Source of the DNA: a virus
Taxonomy: Duplodnaviria > Caudoviricetes
Reading direction: 5' to 3' (one strand)
IMG/VR virus record: IMGVR_UViG_3300047509_000025
Coordinates: 1-49,549 of that record
DNA length: 49,549 nt
In this document: positions 9,792 to 18,329 of the stretch, piece by piece
How the letters are laid out: every line of letters starts with the position of its first letter
Position numbering within the stretch: position 1 is the stretch's first letter
Translations under genes and position numbers: made by a program
Notes under the pieces: model-generated
The model's input: the letters and a program-made list of their open reading frames with translations, nothing else
Told to the model about the DNA's origin: nothing
Databases searched by the model: none

Positions 9792-9825
9792 CCGTGTTCC
9801 ATCAAAATAAATCAGGGAGAGAAGC

Positions 9826-10398
9826 ATGGATATCGAATGCAAATTGCACCGGGCTGGCGGTACGCGCACCAGCATTGACACCACCGAATACCATTTCGCG
9901 CCGCGCGAAGACGGCGCCCATGTCGCTGACGTCATCAACGAGGCGCACCAGGACCGTTTCCTGTCGATTGCCGAGGGATATTGCCTGTACCGCGGCAGCG
10001 CGCCGGCACCGAAGGCTGAACCCGTCGCTGTGGCCAAGGCCGCGCCAGTGAAGCCAGCAGCACCCGTCGCGCCGAGCATCGCCGACAACATCCTTCTGGG
10101 CAGTTCCGAGCACCCAGCCAGCTTCGAAATCCACGGCAAGACCTATTCGCTGGGCGACATCGTGGCGCGCGCGCACACCGCATCCGGCCTGGACGTGAAG
10201 GAATGGAACGAGCTGGAAGACCAGAGCCGCGCTGACCTGGTCGACGAGCAACTGGACCTAATCAAAGCCGCTGACGCCGCGCCGGTCGACGAAGCCGCTG
10301 TCCGCGCTGAGCTGGCCGCCCAGTACGAAGCCAAGTTCCACAAGAAGCCGCACTACAACCTGAGCGTCGAGAAGCTGCGCGCAGCCATTTCGGCGTAA
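9826..10398 (+). CDS. Hypothetical protein (head-completion region)
   Basis: GGGAG RBS, 190 aa, short C-terminal helical domain (YEAKFHKKPHYNLSVEKLR). Confidence 0.8.
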   Translation: MDIECKLHRAGGTRTSIDTTEYHFAPREDGAHVADVINEAHQDRFLSIAEGYCLYRGSAPAPKAEPVAVAKAAPVKPAAPVAPSIADNILLGSSEHPASFEIHGKTYSLGDIVARAHTASGLDVKEWNELEDQSRADLVDEQLDLIKAADAAPVDEAAVRAELAAQYEAKFHKKPHYNLSVEKLRAAISA

Positions 10399-10402
10399 TC
10401 CC

Positions 10403-11044
10403 ATGGCGATCCTTGTTTCCGATCTGATGCGCCGGCTGAGTTCCATGATGAGCGACGATGATCTCGTGCGCTGGACCGAGGCCGAGCGGATCGATTGGTT
10501 CAATGACGCCGCCAGCGAGATCGTGCTGCGCCGCCCTGCCGCGCGCGCCGTCACCGAGCGCCTGACACTGGTGGCCGGCACCTACCAGACCTGCCCGGTC
10601 AATACGGCCCAGGTGCTCGACATCGTGCGCAACGTCAAGGCCAGCGGCGCGATCGGCGGCGCGATCAGGATCACTGACCGCCAGGGACTGGACGACGCCG
10701 ACCCGGACTGGCACAGCGCCAGAGCGGGCGCCACCAAGCACTACGTCATCGACGAGCGCGCACCGACCACGTTCTACGTCTACCCGCCCGCTGTGACCGG
10801 CGCCCAGGTCGACGCGCTGCTGGCCATGACGCCGCCGAAGGTGACGGCGGTGACCGACACGCTCGACCTGCGGGGCGAGTTCATCAACGCCATCCTGAAC
10901 TGGGCGATGTACCGCTGCCACACCAAGGACAGCGAGTTCTCGCAGGGTGGCACCGCGGCGCTGCACTACACGGCGTTTACCGACGCCATCGGCGCGCCAG
11001 CGCAGGCTGCACAGGTCAACTCCGCTACCGGGAACAGCGCATGA
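10403..11044 (+). CDS. Head-tail adaptor-like virion protein
   Basis: D...VRWTEAE.IDWFNDA..EI...RP and FYVYPP motifs of podovirus adaptor proteins. Confidence 0.7.
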   Translation: MAILVSDLMRRLSSMMSDDDLVRWTEAERIDWFNDAASEIVLRRPAARAVTERLTLVAGTYQTCPVNTAQVLDIVRNVKASGAIGGAIRITDRQGLDDADPDWHSARAGATKHYVIDERAPTTFYVYPPAVTGAQVDALLAMTPPKVTAVTDTLDLRGEFINAILNWAMYRCHTKDSEFSQGGTAALHYTAFTDAIGAPAQAAQVNSATGNSA

Positions 11045-11664
11045 AAAGCCTCGACGAGTTCCTGAAAAGCATCAACCCCTACGCACCAGGCTGCGCGATC
11101 CCGACCGCCTACTTCGGCATCCGCCAGGCGGCGATCGAGTTCTGCGAGCGCTCGCGCCTGTGGCGCTACGACGACGAGTTCACCATCACGGCCGACGAAT
11201 CCGAGGCGATCTCGACGCCCTACGGGGCCGAATTGCTCGACATCGAAACGGCGTCGTTCGACGGCGGCGCGCCGCTCGAGCCGAAGACCACGGCCTGGCT
11301 GGACGACCATCATCCGGGCTGGCGCACAGGCGCCGTGACGGGCAAGCCGCAGTACCTGACCCAGATCGACATGAACACGCTGCGCCTGGTTCCCGGCCAA
11401 GCCGGCACGGTCAACATCAGCGTCTGGCTCAAGCCCTCGCAGGATTGCGACGAGCTGCCGGACTTCCTGGCCGACCAGTACCGCGAGACGATCGCATGGG
11501 GCGCGCTGGGACGCATCCTGATGACACCGAATCAACCTTACACGAATGGCACTTTGGCGACGGGCTTCCTCGCCGCGTTCGAGCAGAAGCTGGTGGGCCT
11601 GTCACACAAGGGCACCACCGGCCAGCAGCGCGCACGCGTCCGAACCAAAGCTAATTTCCTGTAG
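11041..11664 (+). CDS. Adaptor-like virion protein
   Basis: PGC......IRQAAIEFCERS..WR and Y.ETIA.GAL motifs; ATGA-coupled. Confidence 0.65.
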   Translation: MKSLDEFLKSINPYAPGCAIPTAYFGIRQAAIEFCERSRLWRYDDEFTITADESEAISTPYGAELLDIETASFDGGAPLEPKTTAWLDDHHPGWRTGAVTGKPQYLTQIDMNTLRLVPGQAGTVNISVWLKPSQDCDELPDFLADQYRETIAWGALGRILMTPNQPYTNGTLATGFLAAFEQKLVGLSHKGTTGQQRARVRTKANFL

Positions 11665-11672
11665 GAGCCAAC

Positions 11673-12068
11673 ATGGCCGCATCGAACTACACCGCAGAAA
11701 ACATCATGAGCGCCCTGTGTGACGGCGTCGCGTTCCCGGTCCCGGCCGGCACTTGGGTGTCCGCGCACACTGGCGACCCTGGTGTCACAGGCGCGAACGA
11801 GGTATCGACAGCCGCCTGGCCGGGCTACCTGCGCCGCCAAGTCACGAGCTGGAACCCAACCGCGACCGGCGAGCGCAAGAACGGCCACCAGTTGACGTTT
11901 CCCAGTCATGACGGGCTGGCCGACATCACCCTGTCGCACTGGGCAGTCTGGGATGCGGCAAGCGGCGGCCACCCGCTCAATTCGGCAGCGCTGGACACGG
12001 CGCGCCTGCAGAAGACCGGCGACATCTTCGTGATCGATACGAACGCGATCACCTGGAAGCAGACCTGA
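11673..12068 (+). CDS. Fibre-associated virion protein
   Basis: SAHTGDPGVTGANEV...GYLR and ITLSHWAVWDAASGG pattern. Confidence 0.65.
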   Translation: MAASNYTAENIMSALCDGVAFPVPAGTWVSAHTGDPGVTGANEVSTAAWPGYLRRQVTSWNPTATGERKNGHQLTFPSHDGLADITLSHWAVWDAASGGHPLNSAALDTARLQKTGDIFVIDTNAITWKQT

Positions 12069-12703
12069 TGGAACGCTACGCCGTCAACGAAACCGCCCTG
12101 TGCGGCTTCATCACGTCCTATGGCACCGGCGCCGCGGCGCAGGGCATGGCATCAAACGCGGTTCCCACCCTGATGATCCACGCGCGCCCGCTCTCGGCAG
12201 TGATGAACATGACCGCCTCTGGTGCCGGTCTGCTGGCGAAACTGGGGCGTGGTCTGGCGTCGATGCTGACGGTGGTGCACGCGCGCGGCTACCTGCTCCT
12301 GTGCGGCGTGGGCCAGGTGGCCGCGATGACGATGAGCGCGCTGGCCGACGGTCGCCTGATCCCGGTGGCGCGCGGCACCGCAGTGATGGCGATGCGCTCT
12401 GCTGCCGATGGCATGCTCGCGCTGCTGGGGCGCGGCACGGCCAGCCAGGTACTCGACGGCTCCGCGCGCTCGACCGTACCGACACTGGGCCAGGGCGACG
12501 CTGGCATGGACATGACCGGCAGCCTTGGCATTCCCCGCCCCATGCGCACGCCGGCGCAGTTCTACCATACGCACACCTCGCGCCTGGGCTTCGTCGAGCG
12601 GCGCGCGTCCAGCCACGCTGCCGCCAACCCTGCCGGCGAGCGCACCTTCGTCGTCCCTGCCGAAGCGCGCACCGTTCACGTTTCACCGCAAAGGGACATC
12701 TGA
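12068..12703 (+). CDS. Virion-associated Ala/Gly-rich beta-strand protein
   Basis: Coupled to both neighbours; C-terminal ERTFVVPAEARTVHV. Confidence 0.65.
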   Translation: MERYAVNETALCGFITSYGTGAAAQGMASNAVPTLMIHARPLSAVMNMTASGAGLLAKLGRGLASMLTVVHARGYLLLCGVGQVAAMTMSALADGRLIPVARGTAVMAMRSAADGMLALLGRGTASQVLDGSARSTVPTLGQGDAGMDMTGSLGIPRPMRTPAQFYHTHTSRLGFVERRASSHAAANPAGERTFVVPAEARTVHVSPQRDI

Positions 12704-12978
12704 TGCAAACCTACACCAAGCAGCCAATCGACCAGCTCGACTACGACGTCGATTTCTCGCGCTGGATACCGGACGGCGACACCATCACCAGCGCGACCGC
12801 CGTGCTCGATGTCGAGGACGACCTGATCGTCGAGTCGGTCGCCATCAGCAGTCCGATCGTCAAGGTGTGGCTGTCCGGCGGCACCGACAAAGCCGCCTTC
12901 GTGGTCACCGTCACGGCGTCCACGGCCGGCGGGCGCGTCAAGGAAACCGAATTCAAACTGCGCGTGAAGGACACCTGA
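12703..12978 (+). CDS. Fibre-tail adaptor-like protein (91 aa)
   Basis: KQP.D.LDYDVDFSRW...GDTI..., KVWLSGG...GRVKETEF.LRV; ATG 12703 overlaps the previous stop. Confidence 0.75.
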   Translation: MQTYTKQPIDQLDYDVDFSRWIPDGDTITSATAVLDVEDDLIVESVAISSPIVKVWLSGGTDKAAFVVTVTASTAGGRVKETEFKLRVKDT

Positions 12979-12979
12979 C

Positions 12980-13819
12980 ATGGCCGGCATCAAGTTCGCA
13001 AACAACGCATCATCACTGCTGGCCGCCTCGATCACGGAGACTTCGACATCGGTTGCCGTGACCAGCGGCGAGGGACTGCTGTTCCCCATCCTGGGCGCGG
13101 GCGACTGGTTCATGGCCACGCTGGTCAAGCTGGTCGGGGCGCTGCCGGTCTACGAGATCGTCAAGGTCACGGGCCGATCAGGCGACGTGATGACCATGGT
13201 GCGGGCGCAGGAGGGAACCACTGCCCTGACATTCGCGGCCGGCGCCAAGTTCGACCTGCGCATGACGGCCGGCGCGCTCGATTCGAAGGCCGACCGGGTT
13301 GAACTGGACGCGAAGGCGGACCAGTCCGACGTTGACCTGAAGGCCGACCTGATCGGCCCGACGTTCACCGGCACCACCAACAACGGCAAGAGCACGATGA
13401 ACGGTTCGACCACGACAATGGCAGCGGTGCTGGTCAACGCAGCCGAGAAGATCACGGTATCGGCAGCCGCCGCGGCCGGTACCATCACGTACGACCTGAC
13501 CACGCAGTCGCTGCTGTACCTGACCCTGTCGGCGACCGGCAACTGGACGGTGAACCTGCGCGGCAACGCGAGCAACACGCTCAACAGCCTGCTGGCGATC
13601 GGCGAGGCCACCACCGCCACCCTGCTGGCCACCCAGGGAGCAACGGCATTCATTGCCAACGGCTTCCAGGTCGACGGCACGGCAGTCACGCCCAAGTGGC
13701 TCGGCGGCGCGGCGCCCGTGACCGGCAACGTATCCGGCATCGACGCCTACAGCTTCACCATCGTCAAAACCGCCAACGCCACCTTCACGGTGCTGGCCAG
13801 CCTGTCGCAGTTCAAGTAA
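12980..13819 (+). CDS. Tail fibre 1
   Basis: N-terminal anchor KFANNA...FP.LGAGDWF..EIVKVT.R...RAQEGT; C-terminal beta domain ending YSFTIVKT...FTVLAS. Confidence 0.8.
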   Translation: MAGIKFANNASSLLAASITETSTSVAVTSGEGLLFPILGAGDWFMATLVKLVGALPVYEIVKVTGRSGDVMTMVRAQEGTTALTFAAGAKFDLRMTAGALDSKADRVELDAKADQSDVDLKADLIGPTFTGTTNNGKSTMNGSTTTMAAVLVNAAEKITVSAAAAAGTITYDLTTQSLLYLTLSATGNWTVNLRGNASNTLNSLLAIGEATTATLLATQGATAFIANGFQVDGTAVTPKWLGGAAPVTGNVSGIDAYSFTIVKTANATFTVLASLSQFK

Positions 13820-13821
13820 CC

Positions 13822-14529
13822 ATGCCGCTCCTGTCCACCTTCAGCGCCGGCAGCGCGCGCGCCCTTGGCCACTTCCGCAAGGGGCGGGAAAAAACGCTCC
13901 AGACGCGCACGTTCACGGCGAACGGGACATGGGTGACGCCGTTGACGGTGGTGGAACTGGTCTCGCTGGTCGGCAAGGGTGGGGCAGGCTCGCCGAGCAG
14001 CTCTAGCACCGTGGCGCGCGGCTTCACGCTCGATTTCGTGTTCGGCACCAGTGGTTCCGGTGGCGCAAACAGCGGTGCGCTGGGGTGGTCGGCTTTTTCC
14101 GACGCGAGCGGTGCGGTCAGCGCGATCAATGGCGGCGGCTCGGGCACTATATTAGGGACGACCTACACCGGGTTCCTGGGCGACAACACCTACCAGATTT
14201 CCCTGAATACCGGGCACTACAGCAACGCGGTCCCAGGCTCTGCCTCCGCGTCCTACTCGGCCGGCTGGAAATTCTCGGGGCCGGTTATCAATGGTGATAA
14301 CGGCAGCGCTGGCGTGTCGTGGCTGGAATACGGTGGCACCATCCCCGCCACCACCGGCGCGAGCACGACCGGCTTCGGTAAGACCTTCCCTGGAGGATTT
14401 GGTGGCGCGGCAACACCTGTCACCTACCCGAACGGATCGTCCCCGGCGCCAATCGCGGTCACACCAGGCGCTTCGAATGGCTTCACCATCCAGGCCGGCG
14501 GCTCGCTTACCTTCACCTGGTTAGAATGA
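13822..14529 (+). CDS. Gly/Ser-rich putative adhesin or fibre-tip protein (235 aa)
   Basis: ATG 13822 two nt after the fibre 1 stop; MPLLSTFSAGSARALG, TFTANGTW, LVGKGGAG; Gly-rich. Confidence 0.65.
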   Translation: MPLLSTFSAGSARALGHFRKGREKTLQTRTFTANGTWVTPLTVVELVSLVGKGGAGSPSSSSTVARGFTLDFVFGTSGSGGANSGALGWSAFSDASGAVSAINGGGSGTILGTTYTGFLGDNTYQISLNTGHYSNAVPGSASASYSAGWKFSGPVINGDNGSAGVSWLEYGGTIPATTGASTTGFGKTFPGGFGGAATPVTYPNGSSPAPIAVTPGASNGFTIQAGGSLTFTWLE

Positions 14530-14597
14530 TCGCAATTGCCCAAAGCAAATGCGGTAGAATCCGAAGGATTATGACCCCTTACCTGATCAAACCGGAA

Positions 14598-14649
14598 CCT
14601 CTGTCATCACGGGCGAAGCCCTGCTTTCCCGTGAACAATGACAAGGAGG
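14598..14649 (+). promoter_or_regulatory. Long leader hairpin sequestering the RBS of tail fibre 2
   Basis: Nested pairs CCTC/GAGG, TGTCAT/ATGACA, CACGGG/CCCGTG, AAGC/GCTT. Confidence 0.6.
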
Positions 14650-14653
14650 CTCT

Positions 14654-15730
14654 ATGCCGATCAAGTTGGGTAACAACGCCATCGCGCGCCTGGCCGCGCC
14701 GTTGGCAATCGATGGGACCACCATCGTGCTAGTCGAGGCCGAATCCGGCTCCTTTCCTGCGCTCGGCGCGGGCGACTGGTTTCCGATGACGCTGTCGGAC
14801 TCCGCCGGGCATCTCGAGATCGTCAAGGTGACGGCGCGTAGTGCGAACATCCTGACCGCCGTGCGCGCCCAGGAGGCCAGCAGCGCCTTCGCGTTCGACA
14901 GCGGCGACCGCGCCGAGATCCGGCTGACGGCCGGCGTGATCAACCAGTTGCAGGTCGACACCGCCGCGGCGGTCACGCAGGCCGCTTCCGACCTGGCCGC
15001 CACGACCAGCACCCTGCGCGGCGAGACGGATGTGGCGATCGACGCCTTGGAAGCGCAGACCGCGTCGAACCTGGCCGTCGCACTCGGCGCGCTGGTGCCG
15101 ACCGGCTTCGGGCCGATCCCGTGGTCGCGTCCGACGGCACCGGCCGGCTGGATCTTCGCCGACGGCCGCACCCTGTTGGCGGCCAGCCCGTATGCGGCCC
15201 TGCGCGCGGCCTACATCGCCGACAGTTTCCCGTTCGGACAGGATGGCTCGGGCAACCCGAAGATTCCCGACATGCGCGGGCGCACGGCCGCAGGTCTGGA
15301 TAACATGGGCGGTGGCGCCGCATCGCGCCTGACCGGGGCCACGCTCGGCGCCGGACTGGGCGCGCAAACGCATACGCTTACGGCCGCCGAGATGCCGGTC
15401 CACGCGCACGGCGTCACCGATCCGACCCACGCGCACGCGGTAGCCGACCCGACCCACGCCCACAGCGTCTACGATCCTGGCCACTCGCACACGTACGACC
15501 GCTACTCGGCGATCGCGCCAGCGGTGCACCAGTCCGGCACCAACCAGAGCCGCAACAGCCAGACCATCGCAACGGGCGCGTCCGCCACCGGCATCGGCAT
15601 TTATGCGGCGGCGACCGGCATTAGCATCTACGGGGCAGGAACCGGCATCAGCATCCAGAACGCCGGCTCGGGCGGCGCGCACAACAACGTGCAGCCGACG
15701 CTGGTGACGAATTTCATCATCAAAGTGTAA
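14654..15730 (+). CDS. Tail fibre 2 with collar domain and HxH needle tip
   Basis: N-terminus paralogous to fibre 1; collar P.GWIFADGR...PDMRGR; HAH/HSH repeats; HNNVQPTLVTNFIIK end. Confidence 0.88.
   Translation: MPIKLGNNAIARLAAPLAIDGTTIVLVEAESGSFPALGAGDWFPMTLSDSAGHLEIVKVTARSANILTAVRAQEASSAFAFDSGDRAEIRLTAGVINQLQVDTAAAVTQAASDLAATTSTLRGETDVAIDALEAQTASNLAVALGALVPTGFGPIPWSRPTAPAGWIFADGRTLLAASPYAALRAAYIADSFPFGQDGSGNPKIPDMRGRTAAGLDNMGGGAASRLTGATLGAGLGAQTHTLTAAEMPVHAHGVTDPTHAHAVADPTHAHSVYDPGHSHTYDRYSAIAPAVHQSGTNQSRNSQTIATGASATGIGIYAAATGISIYGAGTGISIQNAGSGGAHNNVQPTLVTNFIIKV
15401..15490 (+). repeat. 27-nt coding tandem repeats (HxHxVxDPx), about 3.3 copies
   Basis: HAHGVTDPT HAHAVADPT HAHSVYDPG HSH. 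Confidence 0.85.
15587..15655 (+). repeat. 27-nt coding tandem repeats (TGIxI) x3
   Basis: ACCGGCAT at 15587, 15614 and 15641. Confidence 0.85.
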
Positions 15731-15743
15731 ATCAGGGGAACCC

Positions 15744-17489
15744 ATGGCGGTCATCAAGCTGGCAGGATTTACAGGAGAAGCGCCACGGGTCACGCCGCGG
15801 CTCTTGCCGGCGACCGGCGCCCAGATCGCGCAATCGGTGCGGCTCGAGGACGGAGAACTGTCGCCGTTCCGCAAGCCGTTCCCGGCGTACGAGCTGACGG
15901 GCGTGGCGGAGGGCGACATCAAGACGATCTACCGCCACCTGACCGACTGGCTGCACTGGCCGACCGCGGTCAATGCCGTGCCTGGCCCGGTGGCGCAGGA
16001 CCGCCTGTACTACACGGGCGACGGCGTGCCGAAGATGCGGGTCGGATCAAGCGTCTATCCGCTGGCGGTACCGGTGCCGGCCGCGGCCCTGACGTCGGCA
16101 CGGGTCGGCACGCTGGGCGCGATCACCTCCACGGTGCTGTACGTGTTCACCTGGGTGACCAGTTTCGACGAGGAATCGGAGCCGTCGCCGATCAGCGCGG
16201 ACTTGATTGTTTCGCCCGGCAATAGCGTGACGCTATCAGGCTTCCCGGCCACGCCAAGCGGCAGGGCCATTACCAAGCAGCGCATCTACCGCTCGCAGAC
16301 CGGCTCGGCCGGCGGCACCAACCTGTACTTCATCGCTGAGCGCGCCGCTTCCACCGGCAACTATACCGATGCGCTGGTCGCCAACGGCTTCAACGAGCCG
16401 CTGCCGTCGATCGACTGGAATCCGCCGCCGGACGACCTGGCCGGTCTGGTGTCGATGCCGAACGGGATGATGGTGGGGATCAGTGGCAAGGATCTGTGCT
16501 TCTGCGAGCCGTACCGCCCGCACGCCTGGCCGGAAAAGTACCGCCTGACCATGGACTACGACGGCGTTGCGCTCGGGGCCTATGGCGCCACGGTGGCGGT
16601 CGGCACCAGGGGCAACCCGTACCTGGTCGGCGGAACGCACCCGGAAACGATGTCGATGGAGAAGATGGAACTGAACATGCCGTGCCTGAACGCGCAGGGC
16701 ATGGTCGACCTGGGCTACGCGGTCGCCTATCCGTCGCACGACGGGCTGGTGGTGGTGCAGGGCGGTTCGGCCAACGTCACCACGGCGGCGCTGATGACGC
16801 GCGACCAGTGGCTCAAGCTGGAACCCGACCTGATGGTGTGCGGCCAGTTCTACGGGCGCTATTTTGCCTCCTACGACTACCTCGACACCGACGGCGCCGA
16901 CGTCAAGGGCACGCTGATCCTGGACCTGACCGGCGAGGCGCCGTTCATCATCCGCAGCCAGCACAAGGCCGAGGCGTTCTTCTACGAGGTCACGACAGGG
17001 TCGCTGTTCATGGTCATGGGCACCGTGATCTACGAGTGGGATTCGAAGCAGTCGATCAACGACATCTACACCTGGCGCTCGAAGGCGTTCATCCTGCCGG
17101 CGCCCACCAGCTTCGGGGCGATCCTGTTCGAACTGGACGACCGGGAAGACCTGGATGCGGTGCTGGCGGTCGAGGCCGCGGTAGCGGCGGCACTGGCGAC
17201 CAACACGGCCCTGTTCGCGGGCGACACCCTGTTCGGTGAACTCAACGGCAGCCTGATCAACACCTATCCGGTCAACGGCGACGAACTGGTGGGGGTGCCG
17301 CCGGGACCGCAGGTCAGCGTGAACGTGTACGCCGACGGCGAACTGCTGGCCGCGGTGTCGCGCGCGGGGCGGATGCAGCGCCTGCCCGGCGGCAAGCTGG
17401 CACGCCAGTGGGAGATCGAGATCACCGGCAACGCCAACATCCAGGAGCTGACCATGGCCGGCACGGCGCAAGAACTGCGGGGCGTCTGA
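15744..17489 (+). CDS. Tail nozzle / head-closure protein (putative)
   Basis: 581 aa; F.GEAPR..PRLLP, LCFCEPYRPHAWP.KY, YPS.DGLV, WRSK.F; position matches podovirus nozzle genes. Confidence 0.7.
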   Translation: MAVIKLAGFTGEAPRVTPRLLPATGAQIAQSVRLEDGELSPFRKPFPAYELTGVAEGDIKTIYRHLTDWLHWPTAVNAVPGPVAQDRLYYTGDGVPKMRVGSSVYPLAVPVPAAALTSARVGTLGAITSTVLYVFTWVTSFDEESEPSPISADLIVSPGNSVTLSGFPATPSGRAITKQRIYRSQTGSAGGTNLYFIAERAASTGNYTDALVANGFNEPLPSIDWNPPPDDLAGLVSMPNGMMVGISGKDLCFCEPYRPHAWPEKYRLTMDYDGVALGAYGATVAVGTRGNPYLVGGTHPETMSMEKMELNMPCLNAQGMVDLGYAVAYPSHDGLVVVQGGSANVTTAALMTRDQWLKLEPDLMVCGQFYGRYFASYDYLDTDGADVKGTLILDLTGEAPFIIRSQHKAEAFFYEVTTGSLFMVMGTVIYEWDSKQSINDIYTWRSKAFILPAPTSFGAILFELDDREDLDAVLAVEAAVAAALATNTALFAGDTLFGELNGSLINTYPVNGDELVGVPPGPQVSVNVYADGELLAAVSRAGRMQRLPGGKLARQWEIEITGNANIQELTMAGTAQELRGV

Positions 17490-17761
17490 TGGGTTACCCG
17501 ACCAGAAATGCCGGCAAGCCGGGCCCGCACATCCGGGCGCAGGACGAGAAGCTGCAGGGGCTGATCGGCGGGCGCGGCAAGGATGGCGCCGGCCACAAGG
17601 CGGTGACGCACGGCGACGCGGCCGAACTGGGGACGATCGCCATTGCGTCGCAGAAAGTGACGGCAGCGCCGACGGCGGCGCAGTTCAACGCCCTGGTCGA
17701 CGACGTGCACGCGCTGGCCACTGTGCTCAACGCGATGGGCGCCAAGTTCACCGGGCTGTAG
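17489..17761 (+). CDS. Small virion-associated protein (90 aa)
   Basis: ATG overlaps the previous TGA; APTAAQFNALVDDV helical motif. Confidence 0.7.
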   Translation: MGYPTRNAGKPGPHIRAQDEKLQGLIGGRGKDGAGHKAVTHGDAAELGTIAIASQKVTAAPTAAQFNALVDDVHALATVLNAMGAKFTGL

Positions 17762-17792
17762 CCAATATGCCCCGCCGGGGTGTTGTTGGCTG

Positions 17793-17836
17793 TAAAATGG
17801 TGCTAATTTCAAACCAGTGGTTCGGGAGCGCAACAT
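17793..17836 (+). promoter_or_regulatory. -10 box and operator pair upstream of the ejection operon
   Basis: TAAAAT (17793-17798) abutting TGGTGCTAATTTCAAACCA (17798-17816); degenerate second box 17818-17836 covers the RBS. Confidence 0.6.
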
Positions 17837-18329
17837 GATTTTTGGGAATCAACAGAAGACGCTGGAAATCATGCGCGGCCACCAGGGCGCTGCCGACTTC
17901 ATCGAATTGATCGTGGAACTGCTGCATTTCTGGGACGACCTGGTCGACCGCGACCATCCGGTGACCGACGACACCATCAACGACCGGATGTTCAAGGCGC
18001 TGATCACCTTGCCGCGCAACCCGTTCTACATGAGCAACTTCAGCGTCTTGAACACGGTGCTGATGAACGCGATCACGAATTGGCATGTCGCCAACAAGTT
18101 CGAGCGGGATCACCCCGATGACGAATACCGCATGCGCATCGCCTACATCCTGCGCTCGTCCTACGTCGACCTGATCACCACCAGCGCGTTGCTGGTCGGC
18201 GGCACCGCCTGGGCCATCGAAGTGGGCGAGATGATCCGCCTGTATGCCCACAAGGAAACCTACGAGGGCTACCTGGACAACCTGAAGCAGGAAACCACCA
18301 CGCGCCACGCGCAGAACGGGGAGGCATAA
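17835..18329 (+). CDS. All-alpha protein with DDxxD motif (isoprenoid synthase / prenyltransferase-like)
   Basis: GGGAG RBS, ATG 17835; HFWDDLVDRD, LPRNPFY, NWHVANKFE; helical pattern. ORF is secure, function is inferred. Confidence 0.6.
   Translation: MIFGNQQKTLEIMRGHQGAADFIELIVELLHFWDDLVDRDHPVTDDTINDRMFKALITLPRNPFYMSNFSVLNTVLMNAITNWHVANKFERDHPDDEYRMRIAYILRSSYVDLITTSALLVGGTAWAIEVGEMIRLYAHKETYEGYLDNLKQETTTRHAQNGEA

Noticed and set aside
15401-15655. 27-nt tandem repeats as a possible CRISPR or DGR element
   Set aside because: In-frame coding repeats of the fibre needle; no spacers, cas genes or reverse transcriptase in the window
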